A stretch of 64,000 nucleotides of DNA from Bilabrum cf. latius (taxonomy: Eukaryota), in NCBI GenBank assembly GCA_965178125.1, contig OZ237748.1, positions 620,001-684,000 on the forward strand. Direction: 5' to 3'. Shown here one piece after another: positions 14,301 through 26,087 of this stretch. A program made the position numbers and the translations under genes. The notes under the pieces were generated by a model. The model was not told the origin of the DNA and did no database searches. It saw only the letters and a program-made list of their open reading frames with translations. Position 1 is the stretch's first letter; the number at the start of each line of letters is the position of its first letter.

Positions 14301-16057
14301 CATGCCACCCACCACATTCAAGTCCCCACCCTACTGTATGATCGCAACAAGACAGCCCACGTGGCCTTGCAAAGCAGCGAAGTGTGCAGGGGTCGCTCCG
14401 TCCTGCGCTCGCATTAAGAGAAAATGAGCACATGGGATGCCGAAACACGTGTAGGAGATAAAGTATATTGAGGGTGCGACTCCAGAAACACTATCCCCCG
14501 GTCCTGCTGAACCAATGGGCTGCGGTCACCTGAATGCGGTACTCTTTGATACCGTGACTGCACAAATTACATTCCCCCAGCACTTGGATTGGTCGGGCTA
14601 AACCGTCCAAACGCATCGAGTCTACAATGCAAAACCCAAGTGGGAGTGCCAGAGTGATGGTGGCCGCCACGTGGCCTGCCTTCCTGGGTTCCAGCCGGTC
14701 AGCATTGGACGCAATGATCAGGTCCAGTAGCTTGCCCCCGATGCCCTCCTCTCGTCAATCATCCACGGGCAATTACCTGTTACTTTCCTTAACCGCGTGC
14801 TGCCGCACCAAAGAATCATATGAACCAGTCAACAATAATCCGGAAATATCTAAAATAAATTGGTCTTACATCATCCAACGAATCCATGTCCCCGCCATAG
14901 GCTGCAATCACAGCAATGCATTCTGCGTGCCCGTTATTGGCGGCGTTGTGCGCAGGAGTCCAGCCATTCTACTATCGAGATCAGATGGGATAGTGGATAG
15001 GCGTACATAGGTCAGCAAGGGCGTCCATACTTGAAGTCGGTGCAACGTCTGGGGGGCACGAAACCCACGGTCAGCATGCCATAACAGTCCAACATAAATA
15101 CACACACAAACACTTTAAACCAATGCAATACAGATGCGCACGTACCACGTATGATTCAGGAGACCGATACAGAATCACGGCACACTGCATGTCGCCATGG
15201 CCGAGGCCTAGACGGACATCCCCCCGCACATGTGATCAGGCTCGACATTCTCAGGCCCGACGGGCTCTTAGCTTGCGATTACAGCCTAAGCCTAATGCAT
15301 TCAAACGACGAACGTCTCTTGCTCTCACTGCATCTAACGCATCCACATCCCCGCCGTACTCTAAGATTGCAACGAGGCAATCTACGTGACCTTTCGAGGC
15401 AGCGACATGCGCTGCTGTTGTGTACTCCTGCGGCAGGGACAGGGGCAGGGGCGAGAGGTGGGGAGTAGGAAAAAGCTGTGTACCAGTTTAGAGATGCAAT
15501 ACTCGTTTGAGTTCTATTCGGATCACAGAGACCCAGGGCACCCCACACGCCCCCCACCCAGGAGCCACTACAGATCGGAGACTAATCAAACACAATAGAA
15601 CTCATTTCAGAGTGAAATGATCTAGACGATTAAACCAAAGAAAGTTCCAATCGCATGTGCTGCCACCCCTGTGAAAGGCTTCACCCAGAGCTGCGTCAGC
15701 TCGCCTGCAAAGTGGGCTCTCTAATAGGCCCGGGCGGGGAGCAGGCGGAGACGACATTGTGCTGCTCTCTGATATATTCGCTTGCATTAGCATCGTGACA
15801 ACCTGAGGCACTTGCCTCCTCTGACGTCGTCAATTTAATCCTGTTGATGCGCAGCGGGCTCTGTCTGTCGGTAGCTACCTCCGCGATTACTGGTTTATGG
15901 TTCAACTGGGCTTGTAAAAAAACAAATTTACTGAAATTGATTACCAATGATACCTGATCTCACTTCAACCGCGGATTCCACGTCCGTGCCCGCGTCCAGG
16001 CAGGCCTTCAGGTCATCTACCTTGCCATTTTCAGCGGCATTAATCAGTGCAGATGCC
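11378..16057 (-). CDS. Multi-exon ankyrin-repeat protein (about 10 repeats) with the family C-terminal module; start codon not located
   Basis: AG/GT exons 16057-15964, 15427-15329, 14968-14870, 14402-14298, 13999-13901, 13592-13488, 13244-13143, 12899-12801, 12327-12217 each encode one ANK repeat. Last exon ~12073-11378 (HG[TAG]TPAEAA...KRDAGMVFNAAAHGRPMELTKRLKLGKLAGGL) reads through TAG 11591 and ends at TGA. Confidence 0.8.
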
Positions 16058-16739
16058 CTGCTACATTGCAATTAACAATTTGAAACGAAAACTAAAGCGT
16101 GCGAATGGCTCATGCAATTTCAAATGACCGAAGAGATGTTGCGTAGGAAGACCAGAAATAATATACGTATCAGCTGCTTTGTGTCACCAGAGAACCAGCA
16201 GCATGCAGCTTCAGCAATCAATACAATATCAATCTTACATAGTTGTCTAGCTGGGGAGTTTAGTACTCCGCTTGTTCACGATTGTAGGTTGATGAGACGG
16301 TCCCGTGCCCTGGTGAAGGGGGGGGGGGGCGGGGGGTGCAGCGGTGTGCCACAGTGAGGGGAGAAGTTACAGGGATGCCGCGGCGTAGGTCTGGTGCAGC
16401 GGGAGGACCCTTGGGGTGCGCTAAATCAGTGTATCGCTAAATCAGTGTTCAGTCATCATCAACACCTTCGGGACTTTGCCGTGGACTGGCATGCAATTTA
16501 CAGATTAGGTGCGGTTTGCAACGTAGGCGCAGACTAGCCTCTACGCGCACACCGCTGCGACTGAAGCGGTGACAGTGTGCCTCTCGGGGTACCTCATCGC
16601 CAGGTACCGGTTCAAACGTAGATCTAAAGCAAGCTACGTAGAAGCATATTCTTGCCAAGCTAAGTTTAAGCATCAAGCAACCAATTAGAAACACTTGTGG
16701 TGCACGATCGTGGGCCCGCTCTCGTCGTGCTCGTCACAC

Positions 16740-18180
16740 TTAGAAGCACTTGCGGTGTACGATCGACGGCCCGCTTTCGTCGTACTCGTCTTTTGAGATC
16801 CACATGCTCTGGAAGGTGGACAGTGAGGACAGGATGGAGCCCCCGATCCACACAGAGTACTTTCTCTCCGGAGGTGCCACAACCTTGACCTTCATAGTGG
16901 GAGGTGCGAGGGCGCTCACCTCCTTGGTTAGCCGCTTTTCAATGTTGGGGAACATGGTGGTGCCACCGGACAGTACGATGTTCTGGTACATCTGCGCCCG
17001 CACATCTACATCGCACTTCATGATGGTGTCATAGAGAGTCCTGTGCACGCCGAGCAGCTCCAGGCCAGCCTGATCTGGCTAGAAGAGCATCTCCGGGCAT
17101 CGAAACCGGCACGCCCCGACCGTGATCGTGTTCCCATCCGGGAGCGTGTACTCCTACTCCAGCTCCGACGAAGTCTCTGCCTTTCTCGTTTCTTCGTCAA
17201 AGTCCTCTGCCACGTAGCACGTCTTCTCCTTGATGTCTCTGAGGATTTCCAGCTCGGCTGAGGTGGTGAAGGAATGGCCGCTCTCGGTCAGGATGCGACC
17301 TAGCTGCTCGGTCAGATCCCGACCCGCAAGATCGATCCGCTTGATGGCGTGGGGCAGAGAGTACCCTTCATAGATGGGCACGGTGTGGGACACGCCGTCG
17401 CCCGAGTCAAGCACGGCTCCAGTCGTCCGGCCCGAGGCATACAGGGACAGCACGGCCTGGATGCTGATGTACATGGCGGGCACATTGAACGTCTCAAAGA
17501 TGATCTGGGTCATCTTCTCTCTGTTGCTCTTTGGGTTCATCGGTGCTTCCGTCAGCAAGCACGGCTGCTCCTCGGGGTTTGCCCGCAGCTCGTTGTAGAA
17601 GGCCTGGTGCCAGATCTTCTCCATTCCGTCCCAATCCACCACTACACCATGATTTACGGGATGAGATAGCCTCAGCACCCCGCGCCTGGCCTGTGCCTCA
17701 TCGCCGACATAGGCGTCTTTCTCGTCCATGCCGACCATGATGCCCGGATGCTTGGGGACACCGACAACTGTGGGGAACATCGCTCGAGGGGCGTCATCTC
17801 CTGCAAAACCCGCTTTCAGCATTCCAGAACCATTGTCAATCTGTTCAGGGAATCAAATGCAAGCAGAGATATAAGCAAAGCTTCTGTGGCCCGCAGTGGC
17901 GGATCGGTCACGATGACATCTGAGGCAACTACAGGGCATGCTTGACAATTTCAGTCGCTGCAACGAGCAAACTGTAGGCAGCATATATTCAAACATGAAT
18001 CGCTTGCAGTTGGGTACTAATATTTGACATTTACAGACTTCTTTGCAGAGTTGCACTTGCGATCCAAGTCGTACGTCGCAGGCATACTACGATTCGTATC
18101 ACGTGCAATCATACTGCAGATCCATACCTTTCGATACAATTCAGCAAACTTACAACGATGGGCTGTGTTTCATCTTCCAT
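16740..18180 (-). CDS. ACT: Actin (divergent paralog); join(18180-18154, 17840-16740), 375 aa with two internal TAG codons
   Basis: [28 protein letters not shown]...YASGRTTG...[15 protein letters not shown]...IVHRKCF-TAA. Spliced length is 1128 nt = 375 codons plus stop when TAG 17154-17156 and 17079-17081 are read as sense. Confidence 0.95.
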
Positions 18181-18390
18181 TATTGAGCCGATTCGGGAGA
18201 CTAGTCGGTGACATGCACATGATGCTGATGGCAGGAAATCCGATTTTCAATTGTGACGATCTATTTATGCAGATCGATGGCTTTGATGGGGAGATAGCAC
18301 CGAACTGAAGTACAGAGCGCCATCACCAGGTCAAATGATCTCGGCAGCTGCATCGCGCAGACCGAATCGCGCAAGCCACTTGAATATCAC

Positions 18391-20720
18391 TTACATGTGC
18401 TGCAACATGGATCCAGACCCCCCAGCACTGCCCCTCCCTGCTCCACTGGAAGTGCCGTTTCCAGCTCCACCAGCACGAGTTCCAGCAGCACGAGGGCCAG
18501 GATAAGGAGGGGGGCCAAGGAAAGGCTCCGAAAGCCTCGCCAAAGGCCTCGAAAGCACCTTGCCATCGGATGGGTCATCCACATACCCATGCATCACGGC
18601 GGATAGCACCATGTCCTCGTAAGAACACAGCTGGTTCATGAAGCGCACCCCGAGGACCTCGAACGTCTCGTTCGCGTCCAACTGCGGGTATTTTCTCGCC
18701 CGCGCGGCGGCAGAGGCAGCCTCTCTGGAAATGCAGGAAGCCAGCGACAGCACCCAAGTGGATATTTGCGACGTGGACACTTTGAACCCAAACGGGTTGA
18801 ATCGCCTCGAGAGCCTGTCCTGGATGGCTGCAAACGGGATGGTGCTGTGGGAGAGGACCAGGCGCTTTCCTGGAGCTTTAGGCGCGGTCAGTGCCAGCAC
18901 GTGGGCAAGAGCAGCATCCCTCACGTCTATGGAATTCACGCCCGCATCGAATTGAGAAGAACCCTTCATGATCCGCTGCAGGAACTTCATCGACTAGAAG
19001 GAACCTTGGTAGGCAAGCACGGGCCCGGTGATTGCGCCCGGGTGCATGGTAGTGAGGGCGAAGGGGGCAGGGCCTCCGAGGGATGCATATCCGGGATCCG
19101 GATGCTTCTTCACCCCGGGCAGGGTCAGCTGTTCGTTCGCGAACGTTCAGCTGATACTGGCGTGATCCTGTGATCGACCGGCGAGGTGTCATTCCGGTTC
19201 GAGTCTACACTGGGGAAAGAGAGAGATCAGCCTCTGCGCTAGACAGGATTAGCAAAGAAATGCAGAAGCAGCCTAAGCCAGTAGCTTACTTCTCTGGCAC
19301 GGCCTGTGACGCTGAGATGCGACGCAGCTCAGGGCACAACGGCCAGTCCGCAGCTCTGCGCCGCAGCACTGAGTATTCGAACGCTTTCGATGGCACTAGT
19401 TATTTTAGAAGTTTTAGCTGAACTTTCGCTGCCAGCAAGTCTGAATTCGGTGGGCTTTGAGACGCGCCACGATGTCTTTCTGTGCGATTCCTCTTCAAGG
19501 GGACAGACTACGCTATAGCTTCCAGAGAATTCGGTCTCCTAACTCACACGTGTGTATTCACTTTAGGATTATTGCGGCTGAGTGATTTGTGTGAATTGAT
19601 TGACCCATTGGCAGGGAGTCGTTTCCCTGAGACGACGGGGCGCACCGGCCGTGCCGGCAGGGGTCGCGGGAGGCGACCCAGTGGACCAGGCGACTCCGCG
19701 GCGGGAGTCTGACGCTGGTCCTGTGCCCCGTCGCTCTCTTTCTCAGCACCATTAACTGGTGGGTCTACACATTTGTTACTGAACTCCGAGCAAGCATTAC
19801 AGGATCCTCGCGATGGACCACGCTTCCTGCTCTGCGAGCGCCTTGGACTTGGGATACACGTCCACGCCAGGACCCTTGATGTTGGTGAAATCGCCTGGGC
19901 CCCAGCGCTTCGCATTCATGTCTCCGTGCCCGTACATGATGGTCGCGGTGGAGGCAGTTAGGATCACGCGGCGCACCGTGCCCGCCTTCCGGGCAGCGAG
20001 AAGAACGGCCCTGGTGCCTTCCGCGGCAGGCTTCACCAGCCTGCAAAACAAATGCTATAATATTCAATGTATTGTACGATCAATGGATGATGCATCGCCC
20101 TTCGTTGTCCGAGCAAAAGTCGACCGGGGAATCGCCGTGCGGCATGTCGGGAAATCTCCCGCCCACGGCGAAACCACTCTCTTGAGGTTGCAACCGGTCG
20201 GCGGCTCAAAAGTGCAACCGCAGCCATTGACTGATAAGGGAGTACTTTAATGCAGCCAGTGTAACATGATTTCTGGTAAATGCTTACGTTTCTTCGTCAT
20301 CGCCCAGCAAGAACGGGCTGGCGACGTGCAGAACGAACGCGCAGCCCTCCAGGACCGTGTCCCACACTGACGGCCCATCGAGCAGGTCAGCGGCCACGAG
20401 ACCGTGTCCCACACTGACGGCCCATCGAGCAGGTCAGCGGCCACGAGCTCGAGCCGGTCCGAAGCAAACGGAAGCGCCCGAAGAAATCCCACTTTTTCTT
20501 TCTTCAAGGAGCGCGCCGTGCCTCTGACACGATACCCGGAGTGGAGCAGCGTTTGGTCGCACCAGCTCCCGAGGTAGCCCGTCGCTCCCGTCACCAGCAC
20601 CAACGGGGGAGCGCCGGCACCGCCCTATGCCGCGGCTGATGCGTCAGTGCGACTTTCACTGTTTTTCGGCTTGGGAATTTCCTCCATGCCGATCAGCGGT
20701 GAGATCGCAGAGGAGGCCAT
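18391..20720 (-). CDS. NAD-dependent epimerase/dehydratase (extended SDR, dihydroflavonol-reductase-like); possibly disrupted
   Basis: VLVTGATGYLG Rossmann motif, RRVILTAS, catalytic YPKSK, HPGAITGP, IDVRDAALAH. In-frame TAG at 20625 and 18994, ends at TAA. Carries a 47-bp tandem duplication in exon 1 and a 686-bp interruption at 19114-19799. Confidence 0.8.
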
Positions 20721-21383
20721 GGAGTTGCGATTGAATGCTCGGTTGCAGTGTCAAGGGAGACTCCGTCCTGCCGGACTGGAAACCAGATTTTCCGCCGCTT
20801 TGTCACACAATAAACCACGAGACGAGACAATCACGAGTCCAGTGCACTGGGGTACGATGACCAGAGATACACGGCATTGCCAGTGGTCCACCACCGCGGC
20901 TGCTGGGACACAGGGACAGGGACGGGTCCGATTCGCGATCCGATGCCAGTGGGGCCCAGCCACCTTCACTCTACGGGTAGCTACCTACTGCACACCCATT
21001 GAATTACCCCTTCAAAAGTATCCATGCAACGCAATACACGCAATCAAACTTAATCCATTCCTTCATTCCTTCCCTACCCCTACCCCTACCCCATCCCACG
21101 CAATCAAACTTAATCCATCCCCGTCAAACTTAATCCATTCCTTCATACCCCTCGCTTCACCTGCTCCATCCCGAAATCCACCGGTGGAGCGCCGACCGCT
21201 GCAGTAGCAGCGGAAGCAGCAGCCATTCAAAGACCAAAGCTCCGCCCGTTTCCTACTGCTCTAGCCCCTCATCCCACCCCCAAAACATTTCCCGTACTAT
21301 ATCCCCCCCCCCCGGACAATTGGCCCCGCACGCCCTCTGCCAACGCACCCTTCCACATCTTTCACGTCCACACCCCTCACCAC

Positions 21384-23688
21384 TCACCCCTCCAAGCACG
21401 GCCCGGAATCCGAGTAGTCCGGCACGCCCGGCTTCACGTGCTGCTTGTAGTTCTCCTGGAATTTGAGCGCCAGATCCTTCAGCTGAGCATCGTATGCCTC
21501 CTTATCGGCCCAGGTGGACCGCGGGTCAAGCACCTCGCCGTCCACGCCTTCCACCTGCTGGGGAACAGCGAAACCGAACACGGGCATGGGCTTGAAGGAA
21601 CCTTCCTCGATAGAGCCGTTGAGCACGGCGTCCACGCAGGCCCTCGTCACATCGATGCTCATCCGCTTGCCCACACCGTAGCCACCCCCCGACCAACCGG
21701 TGTTGATGAGATACGCCCGCGTCCCGTGCTCCCTCATCTTTTCCTCGAGCAGCTTCGCGTACTCCGTCGCGTGCAGGGGCATGAACGCAGCCCCGAAGCA
21801 GTGCGAGAAGGTTGCAACCGGCTCCTTGATGCCCCTCTCAGTTCCCGCCACCTTGGCCGTGTATCCCGACAGGAAGTGGTATTGGGCCTCCCCCGCGGTG
21901 AGCTTGCTGACGGGGGGGAGCACGCCAGTGGCGTCGCATGTGAGGAACACGATCACGCTGGGGTGGTCCCCTTTCGATTCCGGGTCCACGTTCCGGATGT
22001 GGTGCAGGGGGTAGGAGACCCTCCCGTTCTGGGTCTTGCTCCCGTCGAAGTAGTCGGGGCTCGCGTCGTCCTCGTTGATCTTGATGTTCTCCAGGAGTGC
22101 CCCAGGCGCCTTGATGGCGTTGTAGATGTCGGGCTCGGCCTTCGGGTCCAGGTTGAGCGTCTTGGCATAGCAGCCCCCCTCCAGGTTCCAGATCCCGTGC
22201 TCGTCCCAGCCGTGCTCGTCATCGCCGATGAGGAGGCGCTTGGGGTCCGCCGAGAGGGTGGTCTTGCCCGTACCGGAGAGGCCGAAGAACAGGGCCGTGT
22301 TCCCCGATTCCGGGTCCTTGTTGGCCGAGCAGTGCATGGTGAGGACCCCATTGAGGGGGCAGCGAAGGTTCATCAGGGAGAAGGCCCCCTTCTTCATCTC
22401 CCCCCCGTAGCTTGTTCCCCCAATCACGGCCAGCCCCTCGTCCGCGTGCGCCGCCACGAACACCTCCGAGTTGAGGCCGTGGGATTTCCATTCCGGGTCG
22501 CTGGTCCGGCAGGAGTTCAGGATCATCAGGTCGGGCTCGGCTCCCGCCAGCTCCCGCGCGGCGCCCTCCGACTCCGGGTTGCGGAACATGTTGGTGACGA
22601 AGTGGTGCTGCCAGGCGAGCTCCGTCACCACCCGCACGTGGATGCGGGAGGCGTCAGACGCCCCCACAAAACCGTCGAACACGTACAGATCCTCCGCTTT
22701 GGACAGGTGGTTCGCAGAGATAGCGTGCAGTTTGTCGAAATTCTCCCTGCTGATGGGCTGGTTGATGTCCCCCCAGTCGATTTGCTCGGCGGAGGGGCCC
22801 TCGTTCACCCAGAACCTGCGTGTTTGGTGTGACAAGTGTGATTGGTGTGACGAGTGCGGAAGGAGGCGTGGCTCGCCGCGTGCAAAATTGCGCGGGGGAG
22901 GGCTGTCCTGGCCGGTGGTGGCATCGCAGGGTGGGAGCGCCGCGGCATGGGGGGCAGCAGCAGCGCGACACCAACCACCGACGGTGCCACGTTGAAACCA
23001 ACAAGGGATGCGCAGGCTGTGTGATACCATACGATGCACTGCATAACGATGTGATACATCACATGAGCAAATCCAGTGCCAACTCGAGGTGGTATCACGC
23101 GGCTCCATCGGTCGATTTCAACTCGAAGCAGCTGCTCACCTGTCTTTGGGGCTGCGGCCGCAGTACGGCGCTGCGAGCACGAGAAAGAACACGTTTTTGA
23201 AACAAGTGTGCGACTACTGAACCATGCTCGAGCATCGCTAGCATGTCGTGCGCGCGGCCTCGGCTTCGAGATCTACTTGCCGCCGAGCGGCCCGGGGATT
23301 CGGCACCGAATCGTCTCGGAATTCTCGCTTCGTCAAGACATGTCGCGCATCTTGCAGCAGGCCTTGCGGGCGCATGGTAACCCTCACCTGTATCAATGAC
23401 AAGAGTTCCATTGTCGATCGGCACAGCCTCCTTGCGCGCGAGCTCGTGCTCGTTCACTTCAGCCGCGGACAGGTTGTGGTACACTTTGGCAGACGGAGCG
23501 TTCACTCCCCACCGGGTCAGCCCCAGCGACTGCACCAGCGACTCATCTGCCTATCCAGACGAACCCATCGTGGATGAGAAAGAGCGTACGCCCCGCAGTT
23601 GGAACGCTGTTTTAAATCCAGCGCCACGGGACCCGACGGTAGCAACCACGCAGCGACGGCTCGCAGAACGCAGCGATTGGCGCAACAT
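21384..23688 (-). CDS. PCK: Phosphoenolpyruvate carboxykinase (ATP) with a putative mitochondrial presequence; join(23688-23388, 23170-23140, 22815-21384)
   Basis: GRSPKDR, YGGEMKK, MHCSAN, FFGLSGTGKTTLS, LIGDDEHGW, EGGCYAK motifs; splice phases are consistent. Arg/Ser-rich acid-free N-terminus, TAG 23551-23553 in frame, TGA stop. Confidence 0.95.
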
Positions 23689-24161
23689 GCTGAGAATAGA
23701 AAGTACAAAACGTGGCTAGATGCCTTGGAAAGCTTGTTGTTAAGTGCTTTGCTAGTGGAAGCTAGTCAAAGTATTCTTGCGTAGGATCGCAAATGCAGGA
23801 AACCGCTTTTCCGAGTCGTCACAGTGCGATGCATCTGATTGGTGTGACGATTGAAACACATCAAGTTGCAGAGTGGAAAGAAACTAGGCATTTGCTCTAA
23901 ACCTAAGCGTGTGAGAAACCTCAGAATCTGGAATGCCGTAAATCAAACATATTGAAAGATTGATAGCGAATATTTACCCGTTTGCATGATTCGACAGATG
24001 AGATATATCGGATTGTAGGGACCGATGTTGTCCGCATGACTTTGTATGCTTCATGCCACTAATTACGCAATGAACCAAAATGTAACACGCATGCATCGCG
24101 TGATTTACTATTTAGCATCATATGAACCCCTTGTCGGTTGCCTAACGCAGTCGAAAAGCAA

Positions 24162-25595
24162 ATGGCGGCCGCACCCCAACCTGCAGCAACAGCAGCCAGC
24201 GACAAGGCAAAGCCAGAGGCAGCTCCGGGAAAGACTCCCGAGGCCGCGCCGCAACCAGCCACTTCTACGATCACGTCTGCCTCTAGCACGTCGGCGCCGG
24301 GCAAGGCATCGGATGCGCCAGCCGCCAAGCCGCAAGCTGACCAAGCGGCAGCAGCAGCAGCAAGCGCGGAGGCTCCGACCGCTTCCGGCTCCGGCTCCGG
24401 GTCCAAGCCGACCCCTTCGAGACCCGCCCCCTCCACCGCCTACCAAACCCCCCTGGCCAGCGGCTGGACCTTCTGGTGGGACAGAAAGCTCGGGCGGGCG
24501 GAGTGGCAGCGCATGAAATCGGCCAACCCGGAACTGTCCTACAGGGAACTAGTCAGGCCGCTGGCCACCGTGCGGACCGTCGGGGCCTTCTGGAACGCCT
24601 ACCTGCACATGAAACGGCCCTCGGAGGTGGCCAAAGACGTGAATCTTTATTTTTTCAGGGAGGGCTCCACCCCACTGTGGGAGTCGTACCGGGAGGGCGG
24701 GTGCTGGATCCTAAAGCTGAGGCGGGAGCCTAAACCGGAATTCGAGGGGGGGAAGGGGCCCAGCTCCGGGTCATCTTCGTCTTCGGGCGGGGGCCGCCGC
24801 GGCGGGGGCGGTGGCGGTCGTGGAGGCGGCGCAGGTGACGGGGGTGCTCAGCTGTCAGCCGAGGCGCGGGCCGGTGCCATCAGCGCCGCCTGGCAGGATT
24901 TATTGCTGGCAGCTGCGGGGGAACAGTTCCAGTCCTGGGACGTGGTGGGGGTGTCTCTCAGCGCCAGAGCGGGGGAGGTGATGCTGTCTGTGTGGAGCAG
25001 GCGAAGCGCAGTGGATGCAGTGGTGAGGAACAGGCTGGGGGAGGGGCTCCGGCGGGTCCTCGGGTTGGAGAAACACTCGGTGCTGGCGTACAAGGACCAC
25101 GTGAGGTCTCTTCACGACAGGTCGGGCCGGGCAGGGGCCCAACAGTTCGTAGTGACCGACAAGGCGGCCCAGGCGAGGGCCGCCACGGCTGCCGCCAACG
25201 CGCTGGCGAGGCAGAGTGGGCTGGGATTCGGATACGGGTTTGGAGGGGAGGCGGCTGCGATCGCCAGGGCGGGGATGGAGCGGGCGAAGCGGGAGCAGGC
25301 GGCGGAGGCGGCCCGGGCGCAGGGGGGAGACGCGGCGGCGCGGGCGGCGGCGGATAGCGCGGACCCGCTGCATGCGGCTGGGCTCGCGGGGCTTGTGGCT
25401 GCGGAACAGCCCGCGGGCGCCGCGCACGCTGGCCACCACAGGGGCGGGCAGGGGGCCCACCACAGGGGCGGCAATGTTCACTCGTCACACTCATGGAAGC
25501 CGCACGGTTCCGGGGGCAAGGGCAAGGGGAAATCGCCGGGTGCGGGAGCGGGCGCAGCGCACGCCAGCGGCAAGCCGAAGCCATCAGGGAAATGA
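24162..25595 (+). CDS. Translation initiation factor eIF4E-family protein with low-complexity extensions
   Basis: PLASGWTFWWD, TVGAFWNAY, YFFREGSTPLWE, GGCW, VVGVSLS...LSVW and YKDH match the eIF4E core pattern; ends TGA TAA. Confidence 0.9.
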   Translation: MAAAPQPAATAASDKAKPEAAPGKTPEAAPQPATSTITSASSTSAPGKASDAPAAKPQADQAAAAAASAEAPTASGSGSGSKPTPSRPAPSTAYQTPLASGWTFWWDRKLGRAEWQRMKSANPELSYRELVRPLATVRTVGAFWNAYLHMKRPSEVAKDVNLYFFREGSTPLWESYREGGCWILKLRREPKPEFEGGKGPSSGSSSSSGGGRRGGGGGGRGGGAGDGGAQLSAEARAGAISAAWQDLLLAAAGEQFQSWDVVGVSLSARAGEVMLSVWSRRSAVDAVVRNRLGEGLRRVLGLEKHSVLAYKDHVRSLHDRSGRAGAQQFVVTDKAAQARAATAAANALARQSGLGFGYGFGGEAAAIARAGMERAKREQAAEAARAQGGDAAARAAADSADPLHAAGLAGLVAAEQPAGAAHAGHHRGGQGAHHRGGNVHSSHSWKPHGSGGKGKGKSPGAGAGAAHASGKPKPSGK

Positions 25596-25737
25596 TAAAT
25601 TTTGCACATTTTGTAGAAAAGGCCTTTATCCGAAAGCATGCTGGCTTTACTGCAAGAAATTGACGTCGAAACGTTTACAACCAAATTCAACCTTAACCTC
25701 AGCGTCATGCTTCCAGCGCCTGTGCCACCCGCCCCCC

Positions 25738-25946
25738 TGTCCCCTTCTGTTTCCCATCCAGCAGCCTGAGGCCTTGCATCGGACTCACTGTCCCCTTCTG
25801 TTTCCCATCCAGCAGCCTGAGGCCTTGCATCGGACTCGCTGTCCCCTTCTGTTTCCCATCCAGCAGCCTGAGGCCTTGCATCGGACTCGCTGTCCCCTTC
25901 TGTTTCCCATCCAGCAGCCTGAGGCCTTGCATCGGACTCGCTGTCC
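25738..25946. repeat. 51-bp minisatellite, 4 copies, between convergent genes
   Basis: CTGTCCCCTTCTGTTTCCCATCCAGCAGCCTGAGGCCTTGCATCGGACTC(A/G) repeated four times. Confidence 0.95.
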
Positions 25947-26087
25947 CGACCTCGGAAGCCCACCTGGCTGCACTGCCTGTCACACCAGCACAGGCACCGG
26001 CGATTCCCCTCGGAGGGAAAGTCCTCTTGGCTCCTCCAGCCCTCTTTGCTCCTGCGCCCGCTTGCAAGCCGGATGATGACCCCTACG

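Noticed and set aside
14640-14760. Kinase-like peptide (GGKLLDLIIAS) inside an ankyrin intron
   Set aside because: Too short, with no catalytic motifs nearby; cannot be supported without a search.
16740-16742. Ciliate-type code with both UAA and UAG as Gln
   Set aside because: TAA directly follows the conserved actin terminus KCF and is not found inside the conserved coding regions.
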